Positions 63,841 through 64,000 of a DNA stretch of 64,000 nucleotides are shown in pieces (positions within the stretch are counted from its first letter, which is position 1; each line of letters begins with the position of its first letter). The stretch spans positions 17,422,001 to 17,486,000 of the forward strand of contig NC_087247.1 of the NCBI RefSeq assembly GCF_037042905.1. Reading direction: 5' to 3'. Both the position numbers and the translations under genes were made by a program. Origin of the DNA: Lytechinus pictus (taxonomy: Eukaryota). A model generated the notes under the pieces. It did no database searches. It saw nothing but the letters and a program-made list of their open reading frames with translations, and was not told the origin of the DNA.

Positions 63841-64000
63841 AGGGATGGTCCGGGCTGAAAATATTTATATCTAAATACATAGAGTAGAATTCACTGAGCA
63901 AAATGCAGAAAATTTCATCAAAATCGGATAACAAATAATAAAGTTATTGAAGTTTAAAGTTAAGCAATATTTTGTGAAAACAGTCATCATGAATATTCAT
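63841..64000. mobile_element. Left end of a TTAA-target MITE running off the window
   Basis: TTAA|AGGGATGGTCCGG..AAATTTCATCAAAATCGGA, related to the Kolobok-like MITEs above. Confidence 0.55.

Overview
AT-rich, intron-rich invertebrate nuclear DNA; the repeat families suggest an echinoderm such as a sea urchin (inference). Two convergent host genes are present. (1) On the + strand, the 3' part of a TRPM2-like channel-enzyme: 27 coding exons from 4604 to 38615, about 1400 aa, covering part of the MHR region, S1-S6, the TRP box, coiled coil and a NUDT9-H domain with REFGEE retained. Its 5' exons lie upstream of the window. (2) On the - strand, a complete intron-containing cytosolic Hsp70/Hsc70: 9 coding exons from 58219 to 47435, 660 aa, with GGMP x6 and GPTIEEVD. 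The most unusual object is a 5.2-kb LTR element in a TRPM2 intron (10122-15298). It has identical 160-bp LTRs with non-TG/CA ends, a 3-bp TSD (Troyka-like), a tRNA-Leu-like PBS and a PPT, but no RT or integrase. Removing a nested 6-bp-TSD hAT-like MITE rejoins its two ORFs into one 673-aa Gag-knuckle/pseudo-protease ORF. Several Hsc70 introns contain 220-400-nt base-paired islands that are candidate intronic ncRNAs. The rest is MITEs, SINEs, a Helentron-type element and microsatellites. All exon boundaries and pairings were read by eye.
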